In this document: positions 37,872-51,151 of the stretch, in pieces
Layout: each line of letters opens with the position of its first letter
Numbering within the stretch: position 1 is the first letter of the stretch
DNA from: Lama guanicoe
Lineage: Eukaryota
Assembly: GCA_013239625.1 (NCBI GenBank)
Contig: MU054323.1
Span: 310,001-374,000 of the forward strand
Length of the DNA stretch: 64,000 nt
Direction: 5' to 3'
Position numbers and translations under genes: made by a program
Notes under the pieces: generated by a model
The model's database searches: none
What the model was told of the DNA's origin: nothing
What the model saw: only the letters and a program-made list of their open reading frames with translations

Positions 37872-38789
37872 TGCGGCCTTTGGAGAGGAAAGGAAATTTC
37901 TCCTCTGATCTTCCCCTCAGCACCCAGCCCAGGTGAGTCCCCTGACTGACAAGTTACCAAAAGTGGATCTGAAACATCAGAGCCAAGGGCCAGAAAGCCC
38001 TGAGCTGCCCCTCTCCCTGCCACCCCCAGGCTCCTCCACCAGCCTGGATTCCTCGCACCTCTCAGAGCACAGCTCCTTGTCTATGTGCTTTTCTGAGAGC
38101 TGCCCTCTGACTAAAGCTGCCTCCCCTCAGTGGGCCGGCCACACTGCCTGGTCTCTCACCATTATTTCCTTAGGAATGCCTGGTGAGTGCATCTCTCAGT
38201 TATGAGTCAACTCACTTCTGCTCCCCTAGTCACTCAATAAGCAGCTATTACATACCTGTCCCGGGGCAAATTCTAGGAATCCGGATAGAGGCCGTGAGGG
38301 CCCAGCCTGGCCGAGACTTCTTTGTCTGCAGTTCAACCTGTTTCCTGGCTGAATTCTGCCCCCTGCCCTCCGTCTGTGCTGAACTCTGACTTTTTCCTCC
38401 AGGCTCTTAAGATGCATATTCCACCCCCACTCCCAGCTAGGAAGAGATCTGAGCCCTAGTGGTTGCATGCTGCGGGCAAAGAATGAAAGGGGCTGCAGCC
38501 TCTCTCTCGGGAGTCTGTACCCCAGATCTAGCTCAGCTGTGGAATTAGAGGTTGCCTGTGTTCTGAGGAAAGGCTTCAGCAAAGAAACAGGGACATTTTC
38601 TTTGGGAGATTTCCAGGTTCCTGTTGAGATGGTCCCTGACACGGGCTTGGGCTCAGCCCTGTTCTGTTGGGAGACACACATGGGGACCTACTATGAGCAT
38701 CACTGGCCGGGGTGTGGGAGATGGAGGAGGGGTCCAGGTGGTGAGGAGCTGGCCTCTTTGGGCTGAGCAGTAGTGCTTCGTGTTCACCA

Positions 38790-38990
38790 TTTGCTCATGT
38801 ATACCACACACTAGGCCTGGGTTACGTGCCTTCCACACACATCCTTTTATTTAATCCTCACACAGATCCTACGCAGCAGAAATGATCACCCCAGTTTTGG
38901 AGAAAGGAAAGTGAGACTCGGCTAGTGTAAGTGACTCGCCCAGAATAACCCAGCTTTGGATCCGAACCCAGTTCTACTCCACTGAAAAAC
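38790..38990 (-). mobile_element. MIR SINE
   Basis: atttaatcctcacac...ccccagttttggagaaaggaaagtgagactc...taagtgactcgcccaga. Confidence 0.65.
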
Positions 38991-39734
38991 TCACCTCATT
39001 TTCCTGCATCATCCTGCCTCACAAGATTGCTGGGAGCCTCCTTTACACTGGGATCTCCAGAACCAGCCCACCACTCAGCGAGGGTGCCCCAAGTAACGCT
39101 ACCCCATGGCCAGCTCCTTTGTCAGGCCAGCTCCTCTTTCCCCTGGACTCCATAGCAGTTTCCTTTCTCCAAGTCTCCGTTTTGGCCTGCCTCTAGTTTG
39201 TTTCTTATGTCATTGCCAGAGGGTAAATTCTAAAGTGCAAGTTGTTCAAAAACAAAGAAAAAAGAAAAGAAAGAAGAAAACATTAAAAATAATAGCAACT
39301 CTGCATATCTGCTATGATCCGTATTTATGTGAAATTATATATGTAAGTGTATCTATGTCCAAAGAAAGAAAGAGCGAGCGAGCGAGAGAGAGAGAGAGAT
39401 TCAGGTCTGTGTGTATTACTGTGGAATGCCACTGATACACAGTTAGGTAAACCTAGTTGCTGAGTAATACACCCAGCATGATTCTTTTTCAACTGAAAAT
39501 GTCAACCGATGCCCATATATGTGTGTGTACGTAAATGTTGAAGTAAAAGGGGGAGTCATGAAAAGAAGTATACCAGACCATGAGAGCAGTTATCTGGGGT
39601 TGGGAGAGGTGGAGGGAGGGGTGGAGACAAAAGATTGGCTTTTTCTTAATTTGTCTTTCTGTCATTTCACTTGTTACAACACACACACACACGCACACAA
39701 ATACATTACTTTAGCAACTTAAAAAAATTTTTTT

Positions 39735-39930
39735 AAAGACCCAAATCTAATTATGCCCCCTGTTACTTAAAATCCTTCAAAGCTCCCCATTGCTCCTGGG
39801 ATACCATCCAAACCTGACGTGGTTCACAAGGCTTCTCATACTCCGCCCGCTTCTCCCACGTCCCGCCTCACCACGCCTGCCCACAGTCTATGCTCCAGCC
39901 AAACCGAGCTCCAGTTGGTGTGTCTGCTGG
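39735..39930 (+). mobile_element. L2 LINE fragment
   Basis: caaatctaattatgccccctgttacttaaaatccttcaaagctccccattgctcctgggata...tccaaacct...tgctccagcc, a typical L2 segment. Confidence 0.55.
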
Positions 39931-42900
39931 GCCCGCAGCTTCCTATCACTATTTTTTGTACCCAGACCCCTGTTTTCCACCTTGCTCCCTTGTGGTACCT
40001 TTCACAAAAGGGCGTCGTGGTGGAGGTTGTGTACACGGAGGCGGGTGCTTTACCAGGGTCGGGGGAGGACAGGTAGTTTGGGAGGGTGTCTTATAAGGAG
40101 TGACAACTAAATCGAGTCCGTTCAGTGTCTTGCCAGAAGTACTGACCCACTTGCCTCTCGGGTGTGGAAGACACTGCCAAGCGGAATGCGTGGTATACCA
40201 GACATCCCTAACTGAGAGGCTGCGGTTTTTGGTTCCCTCTCACGTGGAGGACCATTTCCAGCCCCACCGCTGGGCGAAGCAAGTGTCTGAGCAGGGAGCC
40301 TTTGGCGTTCGACACTGGTGTCCTCAGTGAAACACAGCTCTTGCGGTTTGGAAATAGGAGGTGAAGACGATTTGAAAGATGCTCCAAACATCCACTGAAG
40401 AAAAAAAGGCTTGTGAAGGACTGGGACAAACGGCTCCGTAAAAATCTGAGAAGGCTTTTGTGGAAGCAACAGCACTGCCTGGAAGACAGGCTACCAGGGT
40501 TTCCTAGTCTGTCTTTGTCACCCTGTGGCTGGTAGCCTCAGACAAGCCATTCACCTCTCTGGGCCTCAGTTTCCTCCCGTGAGCAGGTCTCGATTCTAAG
40601 ATCCCTCCTACACGTAAAAGCGCTAGCATCTCTCCTCCTCCGGGACTCACAGCTCACCCTGTTGTGACTGAAATGCTAGAGGCATGACTGCAACGTTTTC
40701 AATAGAAAAGAAGATCAAATTAAAACAAATAATTTGCCTTCTAATACACAAACCAAAAGGATCAACAGGATAATACAGCTTGACAGTCACTGATAACTTA
40801 AACAAAGATGTGTGAGATCAAGAAATGTTGAAAATCGTTTCAAAATACTGTAACAGTGTGGGGCTAAACTTACCCAGCTCTCTGCATGTGTGTATGTGTG
40901 TGTGTGCGCGCGCGCGTGCTTTTTAAAGCACTGGTATTACATATTTTAGCTGTTATTATTCAGAGAGAGCTGGCATCCTGTGTAGAATTAGGTGTTGTTG
41001 TAGTCAGTGTGCAACTGAAAGAAATCAGCCCAGGGGATGCAGCTTTCATGCTTATTTATGGGAGAACACTGTTTAGCTAACCTTGAAATCTTTCGGGGGA
41101 AAAGGAAATCTTTCTTGCGCCTTGCAAGGACTTTTCTCTGAAACACAAAAGGAAGAAAATAGACTTTTTTTTTTTAACTGCAAAAAAAAAGTTTTTATGC
41201 AAAGAATCATTGTCTTCCCTTCTAATCAGGTGTGTATTTGAACTTGAAATTGTGAAGAGAATATATTTAGTGAAGTGGCTCTGGGCTTGGGTAGGGAGAT
41301 CTCTGTGGGCTCGATTCTTGTGCCCAGGAAGTCTTGAGTAGGTAGGAATCCTTCGAGGAAAGTTCACCAAGGACGGTTCCTCTTTTGGAGGCTTGGGTGG
41401 GTCTGAACGCACCCACGATACCGGTCGAGCCACATTCTTCAAAGCTTCTTACACTAACAACCAATTCCAGCAGTTTCTCCTAGCTTCATGCTAGTAGCAA
41501 CAGGAGTTTGTGAACTGGAAAGGGACTTAGAAATCATCCAAGCCTTGATTTATAAATGAGGAAACAAAGCTCAGAGAACAACGGGGCGAGCCAGAGGCTG
41601 GGACTGGACCCAGGGCTCTGACGCCAAGTGTAGGGCACTGTCTCACCTCTGCTGGACAAGGCTGGACAAGGGCTTCTGACAACGGAAGAGATCTGGCATC
41701 TTCCACTGAAGACAAAGGCCCTGCTTCCCTCGTCAGAGATGAGGCTCAGAGCGCCAGTGCCTTGGGAAAAGAGAGCTGGGGCTTGGGTGGGTGTCACTGC
41801 GTTGTGATGAGGCAGATGGTTTTCTGTGGATGCACCCAGCCAGAGGGACAGGGAGGGAAGAGGCTGAGTGGGACAGGGCTGGCGCGGGCCAGAAGAATAG
41901 GATCGGCTGTGCGAAGGGGACACCAGGTGGGAGGCAAACGTCCTGCGCTCTTCGCTCTGAGCTGTAGACATGCTCTGCTTTGTATATACCCCTGGGCAAG
42001 CTGGCCAGTGGCTTCCTTCTGCAGCCTCACGTGGGGGCCTCATGCTGTTCCTCTACGTCTCTTCTCAGGACTGAAGATTTCGTCACTTTAAGCCCTATCA
42101 ACATATAGGTGTCATTTTCTTAATATATATAAAAAAAAGAAGAAGCCAATTTCCAGATGGAAAACCTGAATCACAGTGGTGAGATGGCTCTCTACCCCAC
42201 GCCCCCGGGACCGTGTGTGCAGAGCCAGGGCGGGAGCTCGAGTCTCGGGACTCCCAGCCCGCTGGGACCATGCCCATCACTTACAGATAGAGACTTGTCA
42301 CCCCTGCTGAGCATGCTGGTGGGAGAAGACCAGCTAACCCTGTCCTCTCAGTTTCCACCTGATAAACAGATGCTTTGTGGACAAAAGGACCAGGCCAGGG
42401 TGGAATCTGTACAAAAGTCAGTGCCTGGTGTTGAGGGCCTCCCGTGGGCCCAGGCCCCAGAGGATTCAAAGCCACTTAAGACTAAGTGCATGATCTTGAA
42501 GGCTTCTGGTCCAAGGGACTGATTTTTTTCTTACAACACAACATCTTGGGAGGCAGGAGATGTTAGAAGGGGCGCATGGGTTGGCTTTGGGTGGTCTGGG
42601 TGAGTTACTTAACCTCTATGAGCCTCAATTCCTCATCTGAGAAATGAAGAGGGGAAGGTAATCTTAGGAGGTTGCTGTTGAAAGGATGAAATTAGATAAT
42701 GTAAGCACGGGCCTGGCACGTGGATGTGAAGCAAGTGTTCGCGGCGCCTCCCCCGGCTCTGCTGCCGTCCCCCTGAGTCTTCCCGCCCTCCGCACATCCC
42801 GCCCTCTTCTGCATCTTGTCACTTGCCCTGACTTGGATGCCACATTTGTCTATTGAAGCCTTGGCTCCAGCTCAGATGCCCTTGCTCGCCTCGCCCCACC

Positions 42901-42989
42901 CACCAGGCCTTCATGGGGTTTACGTACGTGTTTTTTCCCTTCTACTTTCTTCTCATTTTGTTCGGGGAGGAAGTGGCCAGAGTTTTGAA

Positions 42990-43170
42990 TTCTGGCTTTT
43001 TAACTTAAAAGCTATGTGACCACGAACCACTTACTCTAACATTTCTGTGCCTCAGTTTCCTCATTTATAAAATGAGGACCACAAAAATGACGCCCCAAGG
43101 TTGCTATGGAAATTAGAATAAAATCTGATCCATGGTATTCACTCGGTGTCTGGTTAACTGTTGTTATTTT
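42990..43170 (+). mobile_element. MIR SINE
   Basis: gctatgtgac...ttctgtgcctcagtttcctcatttataaaatgagga; another MIR fragment lies at about 42600-42735. Confidence 0.7.
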
Positions 43171-44499
43171 TATTAAACTGTGAGCGCTGGGAGGGTGGAG
43201 CTTGTGTCTTGCTCATTCTCCTGTGGCCTCTGTCAGGTTTGGGGTGGAGTGAGTGTTCAGCACAGCTTAGTAGAACATGACAGTGAATAGTGCTTTGGAA
43301 TGAAGCCAGGACCTGGAGTCCCTAAAGATCTGGAGACAGAGACCCAGGCTTAGCCTCAGCCATGGAATTAGCCTGATCTGTGTTTTCATCTTGGCACTGA
43401 CATCAACCCACTATGTGATCCAGCTCAGCCCGGGTCTCAGTTCTTTTCCATCTTAAATGGAGATCATCATTCCAACTTCAGACTTGAAGCCCAGATCCCT
43501 TGCAGGACTACTTAGTGGCAGCCTGAATGGTTAGAGTGACAATAGTTTTAGAAGAGGCTGCTCCAGGAGGATTCCAGCCACAGCCTGGGTCAGGGCACAG
43601 CCAATCCTGAAAAGGAGGGAACAGGTGAAGTGAAGCCTCTCCCAGGCCGGGCTCAGAGCTGCTGGCTTCCCCAGCCATATGGCGTGAGGGACACTGATAC
43701 AGTTGTCTGTGCACAACTGTAACCAACAATCTGCCGATTGTTCGTCTGCTGCGGCACCACCCCTGCCACGTGACAGGTGGTTCTGCACGACAGTGGAAGT
43801 GCTGTGGGCGGGGAACCAACCTCCTGGCCCCGGGGTCCAGGCTGGAGGAGGGAGGGGAGCAGACGGAACTGACGGCAACAGGAGACGTGTCAACCTTGCT
43901 TATGAGGAAAAGCTGACTATCGGGAATGGGGGACACATGGCAGGCGAGTCCAAGGAGGACCCTATTCCCCTTGCCTCAGTTTCCTCACCTTTAAAATTTA
44001 GGAGTTATGTTGGTTCAAGTTTGAAGACCTTTCTAGATCCACCATGCTAAGATTTGACGACAGACACCTTCTGCATTTGCCAGTTGGTTTATTTTTAAAA
44101 ATTGGCCAGAAGACCTCTTGCTCAAAGCATTTCAAATGCTCCATATTCATCTGACCATGTTGCTCCCCGGCTTAGAACCCTGTCTGCCTCTCCATTGCCC
44201 ATAGCTTAACCTCCCTCTTCTTGGCCTGGTCGTGGGGCTCCGAGCCCTGGCCTGTGCTTCCCCACAGCCTGGCTCGTGGAGATTCTTCTTCCTGCGGGCC
44301 TGCTCAGGCTTATGCCATTCCCATGACCTAAAGTGGTCTCAGCTCAGCTCAGCTCAGGAGCTAACTCCCCACGGGCTCTCCAGGGCTGAGGTCTCCCCGT
44401 CCTGGGTCAGGTATCGTCCCAGGCACATGGGTAGACCTCAGCCTGCCTCTTATCACATGGTGTCTTTTAAAAAAATTTTTATTTTATTATTTTCAAGCT

Positions 44500-44639
44500 T
44501 TTTGGGAAGGAGAGGTAATGTTTAGTTTATTTCGTTTGTTTGTTTGTTTGTTTGTTTATTAATGGAGGTACTGAGGATCAAACCCAGGACCTTGTGCAGG
44601 CTAAACACGTACTCTACCCTTGAGCTATACCCTCCCCCC
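44500..44639 (-). mobile_element. tRNA-derived SINE, Vic-1-like
   Basis: aggtaatgtttagtttatt(tgtt)n...atggaggtactgaggatcaaacccaggaccttgtgcaggctaaacacgtactctacccttgagctataccctcccc; same family as 27126-27250. Confidence 0.88.
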
Positions 44640-46714
44640 ATCCCATGGTTTTAAAATGAAAGGTTTTAAGGCCTGTCTTTCCCATCACCTGCGAGCTTAT
44701 GAAGCCCCCTTCTCACTGTCACAGAAGCAGGAGGAAAGAAGTGAGAGGAAGTGGAAGAGATTGCGGGTGGGATGGAGAGGGTTGCTGGGAAAATGTAGGA
44801 GGGAGGCAGGGAGACAAAGAACCTGGGGGCAAGGAAGGAAGAGAAGGAGAGAGGCCAGGTGAGAAAGACAAAGAAGGGACTGGGGAGGGGAACCCATCAG
44901 TCCCTTGGCTTGTCTGGGCTCCACCTTCACATCTGTAAAATGAGCACAGGGACCTTCCCGTCTATCAGCTTCAAAGTCAGAATCAAAAAGAGAGTCATGT
45001 GAAAACATTGTGCCACCTAATAATAATCTTGGGGATAATGACAGTTACTACATATGAAGGAAGCCATCCAGTGTATGCAGCGGCGGTAACTTCTTTAGCA
45101 GATTATTGAGACAATTGGAGGTCACGTATATAATCTACCTGGATTCCTGCCCACCCACAGGAGGTGCTACATAGCTAGATATCACCTACGTAGTAGTAGT
45201 TATATTAGCTATAGTTATATTGTTATAATTATTGGCCTGTGGAAGGCATATTTACCAGGAAAATCTGACTTCTGAATGTGGCCCAAGTATCTGAAAGTCT
45301 GGCCTTCCTTTTCTGCAGACCTTGACTGTCAGACCCTGTCCCAGACCCTTGGGATGCAAAGTCAAAGAGAACATTTAAATGCAGTGAAATCACAGAGCCA
45401 GGATATACCAGAGCATTTGGGGCCCGCAGGCCATCTGACCCAATTGTTTCCTTCTCTAGATAAGGAGTTGGGACCCAGAGAGGAGTGACCAGGGCCATGT
45501 CCACCCAAGACCTCTCCTTCTCTCTTGGCGGACACAGCAGGGAGTCCATTTCTGAGCTCCAGTGTAAAATTCAGCCCGCCACAGTGTAAGGAGAAACAGC
45601 GAAGATCAGTGATTATTAAAGTGGACAGATATGACCAGTGTGCTCAGAGGGGAGAAAAAGGAATTGTTTTCTTAGTTCTCTTTTAAGTCACTCCTAAGCA
45701 GCTTTCTGGAATTAGGCATAGGATTCAGTTTGGTCCTCATGGTGCTTTGCTTTTGCTGTCAACAATGGGACGATTTGTGCAAATGAACCAGAAAACACTG
45801 GAGTTCTAACAAGCTCTAGCAGTCGCCTGGAAACTATTCCTTGTCCTAATGCAGAGTCATTACTCATAATATGTTCAAAATGCACTCCTTGGAACCCCAG
45901 CTTGAAATACCCAGAGATCCATTTTCAATAGACTGGCAAATAGAAGACGTTAAACATTATTCATAGAAACCGTGTTTATTTAATCTTTAATGCTACCTAA
46001 TGCATTTCGGTCAAAGTCATCAGTTCATATTCAGGCTTTATTGCGTGGAAAATGGATGTGCTATTAATAAGTCAATACAAATACAAATATGGTTTCAATT
46101 GGAAATTATTAGGTTGCATTAAATGGCAAATGAAATCCATAGGAAGGATTTGTTTTATTTTGTTTGTGAGGAGGAAAAGGAGCCCTGAGAGGCATTTCTT
46201 TGCTCGGTAATGAGGAGAAATGATTGGTTTCTGCGGGGCGGTGGATTACTGTATAGGCCTTGCTTTATTCTCCTCAGGATAGGACTTGGGGAGCTGCCTT
46301 TCCTCCTCACAGCTGTTTGCAGCCGTGGGCCCAGCTGAAGTGGCTGCTGGCCTTGGATAGTCAGCTGGAGCCCCGGGGACACAGGAGGTGGGGCCTCGGC
46401 TCTCCTTGTCTCCAAGCCAGTGGACCTCAGCCCACTCCTGAAGTCAGTCAGCTCTCTGAGGGTGCTGACCCTGGCACATCCATGCTCCTGGCCCCACAGC
46501 AGCACGTGTGAAAAGTGTGCAGGCCTTTAGGTGATTGGAAGCTCATTATGAGTAAAAAATAGCCTTTGGTGGCTCCCCAAAAGGATCTTTGTTTAAAAGA
46601 AGTCTTGGGTGTGTGCCATGGAGTGGGTGAGATAAGGGTGGGATTTGAAGCTGAACAGACACAAGCATTGGTACCCCAGCTAGAATCTGTGTAATGCAGA
46701 GAGTGGGACTCTGG

Positions 46715-46806
46715 TGGTCTCATCTGATTGGTCCTCATCACCGTCATGGTCTCATCTGATTGGTCCTCATCACCATTGCAGTCTGATCTGATTGGTCTGC
46801 ATCATC
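46715..46806. repeat. 32-bp tandem repeat, 3 copies, each carrying CTGATTGGTC
   Basis: Unit resembles TGGTCTCATCTGATTGGTCCTCATCACCGTCA; ATTGG at 46727, 46759 and 46791. Confidence 0.9.
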
Positions 46807-47469
46807 AGCCTTAGGAGGCTGAAGAGGATGACGCTTGCTGACTGCCCAGCACAGAGCAGGGCTCCACCAGCGTTTGCTCCCTCCTTTCAACCCTGCCATT
46901 CTGATTCTATGCTCGAACCTTCTTCCGGAATCTTGCCCTTTATCCCACCCAAATGCAAGGAATACTCAGGACTGAGCAAATATTGATAGACGGTCAGTGC
47001 TTGCTTAGTATTTTTAGTGAATGACGTCTTCTCTTTTTAACTCATCCTGTTCTTTCTGCTGTGATGATCTCTCTCCTGAACTGGGAGGCCGATCTGCCCC
47101 TCCCGCTCGGCACTATGGAGGTGAAGCCTTGCCTGCGTTCATACCCTACAGGGCCCCTTTATCTGAGGAAGCCCAGCCTGCCTCTTTGTTTCAGTGAGTG
47201 ATTCAGCAGGGACCTACCAGCTGCTTGTGAAAACATACGTGTTGGAAGGGCAGGTAAGCCCCGAGAAGTTCCAGCAGAAGCAAGTTCGCAGGGAATGCTT
47301 TTGCTGAGGAGAGCACCCCACGTCTGCAGAGCAGCCTTTTGCTTCCATCTCCAGCAGAGATGTTACAGCTGATGATCAGCCAGCCCTGGTGAACAAACTG
47401 GGAAGTCAGGGAGCACCTCTCACCACAGTCTCCATTGTTACTTCCGAGCAGTTTTATCCATGCAGGTAA

Positions 47470-47680
47470 AACCCAACACTTACATAGTACTCACCGTCAG
47501 TCCAAGATCAGTCAGAGATCTAAATTCTTTAGCTCAGTTCATCCTTACAACCATCTCCACCTCACTCATGAGGAAGCTGAGGCATAGAGAGGTCAAGTAA
47601 CTTTCAGAAGGTCACATAGCAGGGAATGGTAAGGCTGAAATTGGAACATTGGTCTTGCTCTGGAGTCTGACCCCTTATTT
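47470..47680 (-). mobile_element. MIR SINE
   Basis: atccttacaacc...atgaggaagctgaggcatagagaggtcaagtaactt...aggtcacatagc. Confidence 0.7.
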
Positions 47681-47984
47681 AGAACACTCTTCTGCCTCTC
47701 CTGGTGTAAACATTCACTTCTGCTCAGAGATGCAGGTCTTTTCTCAGAATCCTGATGGACTTGGAGCTCTTCTACCAGTGCTGTGTGGCTTTGCCAAGTC
47801 ACTTGGCCTCTCTGAGTCAAGTGTATTTATTTGAACCACGTGGTGTGGTCGTGTGAGGACTGAGGAATGGGAGCAGCGTTGTTATATGTCTACCACACTG
47901 TCCGGCACACTGCAGACACACAGACCTCTCGGGCATGATTGCTATCATTATGATTTCAATACAAAGAAAAAAAGGCACCATGTA

Positions 47985-47985
<1 letters not shown>

Positions 47986-48059
<74 letters not shown>

Positions 48060-48066
48060 TTTCTTT
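47986..48066. repeat. (TTTC)n microsatellite
   Basis: About 19-20 near-perfect TTTC units. Confidence 0.97.
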
Positions 48067-48209
48067 AATTGAAGTACAGTCAGTTACAATGTGTCAGTTT
48101 CTGGTGTACAGCACAATGTCCCAGGCATGCATATACATACATATATTCCATGTATTTGTTTTCATCAAAGGTTATTACAAGATATCGAACATAGTTCCCT
48201 GTGCTGCAG
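47996..48209 (-). mobile_element. Young L1 3'-end fragment with a (TTTC)n tail and TSD
   Basis: ttaattgaagtacagtcagttacaatgtgtcagtttctggtgtacagca...ggttattacaagatatcgaacatagttccctgtgct is a reverse laurasiatherian-type L1 3' end; 14-bp TSD GTACTTTCTTTCTT at 47982-47995 and 48210-48223. Confidence 0.85.
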
Positions 48210-50529
48210 GTACTTTCTTTCTTGATTTGCAGTTAGTAGCATCTGAGTGGTAGACACGGGACAGAAAATGTTCCTCAAAGAGATGGGTTCTCACACCCAT
48301 CCTAGCTGGATCCCAGCTCAGCATTGCCATGAATTTCTTGCATGCCTTTTAAGGTGGGGCCATGTGACCTGCTGAAGCAATTTCTCCAACACAGAGCTTT
48401 GGAGTCAGATGGGTCTGGGCTTCAATCTTGACCTTCCTTCTTTGGGTACGCAGGACCTCATACCACTGGGAGTTTCATTTCTGGAGCTGGGAAATGTGCA
48501 TCAGCACCATTGCCTTGCTGAATTAAGGGATGATTAAGGGAAATAATATGCCAAGTGACCACTAAAACACCCGGCACATAGTGGGACTTCAGCAAGTGGT
48601 AGCTACATGTGCGTTTGCCATTCACTTTGGACGGTCTGTGCTGTGTTGTGCTGAAGTCTTTTTCTCTCTGCTTTCACTCACGGCTTTTTGTCTTTTCCCT
48701 GGAGACCACACAGCCTAAGACTAATCTCTCTTCCACGTGACAGCCCCCAGGCATGTGAAGGCAGTTTTCAGGCCGCCCTGAATGTTCCCTTCTCCAGGCA
48801 AAACAGCCCAGATCTTCAACTATTTCCTTCCCCCCCCCCCCCCCCCCCCCCCCAAAAAGATATTACACATTCAGTGACTATGTTGTTGATTTTTATTTGT
48901 CCGAATGTGGCCAAACCACGGACATTTTCAAGAATCCCGGGTCCTGGAAAGAAAGCTAGTACCCACTGCGCTGCTGGCAGTCACCAGTGTGCTGAGGGAG
49001 CCGGCACCGAACAGAAGCAGTGACAACCCCTGCTCGAGCTTGACCTCTGGGGAACCAGAGAGTAATTTAGGGCTTAGAATGTGCGATGCAAATGAGTGTC
49101 TGCCTACTCTCTGGCTTCAGGAAAACGGCTTTCATTTTCCAAGGAGATTACAGTAAATTACACCTGGAAGAAGAACTCAGACTGATGCCTCAAAGTGCCG
49201 TGAATTAATCGAAGACAACTCGACACACACACATGTGTCTTGGAAGTGGAGGGGAAAGATGGAGACGGGGAAAGACAGTATTTAATACATTAATTAGGAA
49301 TAGAAAATAGCTTAGTCCCCCCTTTATTGTGACAGTTTCTGAGTGCCTGTGTCTCAAAAATAGGTATAATGTGGATAATCGTTAGCACTCTCTTTACCTG
49401 GGGCTTCTAGAATTGAATATATTATCCTAATATAACTTTCAGAGATGCTTAACATCATCTGCAGAGCTTCTGCCAAGCTTTAGAACATACCGTGAATTAA
49501 GCGTGGTGCAGCCAAATTAAGAAAATAAACTGGGCGATGGTTTCTTTTCTAAAAAGAGGGTCTGGCATATGCCTGACTTCCCAGGATGAAACTGAAAGAG
49601 AAAGATGTTCGAAGCCCCTAGCCGAGGGGAAGCATTTTTCACATTCTTCATCTGGAGTTCAAAAAGGAGCCAGGAAATTGATAGAAGGGCAGCGATATAG
49701 GTCAGAGGAGGAAAAGTTCTATCAATGAGGATCATTTAACCAAAGAAGGCCGCCCAAGGTGGGGTCTAATCACAGTGTTGGGGAACGTGAATGGGTGTCA
49801 TTCAGAAGGGGAGCCACGCGTTGTCTTTGTGGGCTGAGAACTGCTGAGGCAGGAAGGGGGTGAAACTGTGGCCCCAGGGATGCAGGTGAGCTGTCAGTGA
49901 GAGGACGCCAGCAGAGAGCCTGCTCATCAACAGAGGATTATTTGGGAAAGCCAGAAAATCGCTTTGACTATAATTTTTTCTAACTTCAAACTCATGTTTT
50001 CAGAATGGTGGAGACTGGAGTCCTGCTGGGAGGAGAGTCGGGTGGCTGCGGCAGGCTTCTCCGGGGAAGTTTTCTGCCATCCCCTGACTAAGGATGTTCC
50101 CTAGCAATGACATCAGTTGGTACCTGAGGCGTTTTCTAAGGAAGGAAGCCGATTCCTCCTGTTCGGAGCTGGCAGCCCTGGGCAGACCACGCGAGCACTC
50201 TGCTGCCCTGTCCCGGAGTCTCCCGCACAAGGGGTGTCAGATTCAGGAGGGCAGGTTCAGGCTTTCTTTGCTTTGAAGCTGGCTCAGTGCTGGCCAACTT
50301 CAAAGGAGACTGTAAAGCTCAAAAATTAGGGGACGCGTTCTTTGGACGTAGTCACCGTTTTCTTACTGATAACTCACAAAGAAAAGCTAAGCTGGTTCTC
50401 TTAATGTTTCTAAACGATTTAACATGATGCTTATTACTGATAGGAAGGGAAAAAATATATTCCATTTATATACCTCCCTACATATATACGCTCACATATA
50501 TATCCATACATCATATCCATACATGATCT

Positions 50530-51151
50530 ATACATAAGTTATTTGTGAAAGTTGTGTTCTATGAAGTCTCTGCAAACAGTGAATCAGTGAATACTGAATA
50601 TCAGTGAATATTGAGCCATTGCTCCCAGGGGACACACAGGGTTAGGTTCCTGTGAGCTTCTGGTCATGATATTTTTCTCAACTAGTCGATACATAACCTT
50701 GTTTCATCTGTGTTTCTGTTTAAAGATACCTTATTGATTATAGATTGTGGATTCATTAACATTGAATGCATGACCAGCGGCTCTGTATGTCATGCCTGAA
50801 CGAAGGTTATGTAATGCCTCTCACTCTTAGGGACACTAGACGGCACTTCAGCACTACACTTGGGGGCCATTTTAAACAACAAAATCACCACCACTACCCC
50901 CCACAAAAGCACAAAAGTGCGAAAAACACGGCACTGGATAGAACAAGAAAAGGACCCCTGTTTACAGTAGCATCATCTTGCTCAACCTCAGCTGGGACCA
51001 GGTACATCGGATGATTCATATTTCTTACCGCTCTGCCCGTGTTCAGCAATGGCCGTAAAGGCAGCGTGAGGATTGACTTGGGGTTACAAATCAATGTTCT
51101 CTAGTAGGTGCGTTTATAAATACGACATCCCGAAAGGTGATGGGTCAACTG
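50530..51151 (+). mobile_element. MER82-like TcMar-Tigger DNA transposon, near full length
   Basis: attgctcccaggggacacacagggttaggttcctgtgagcttctggtca...tttctgtttaaagataccttatt...cacttcagcactacacttgggggccattttaaac...gggttacaaat match the recalled MER82 consensus throughout. Confidence 0.75.
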
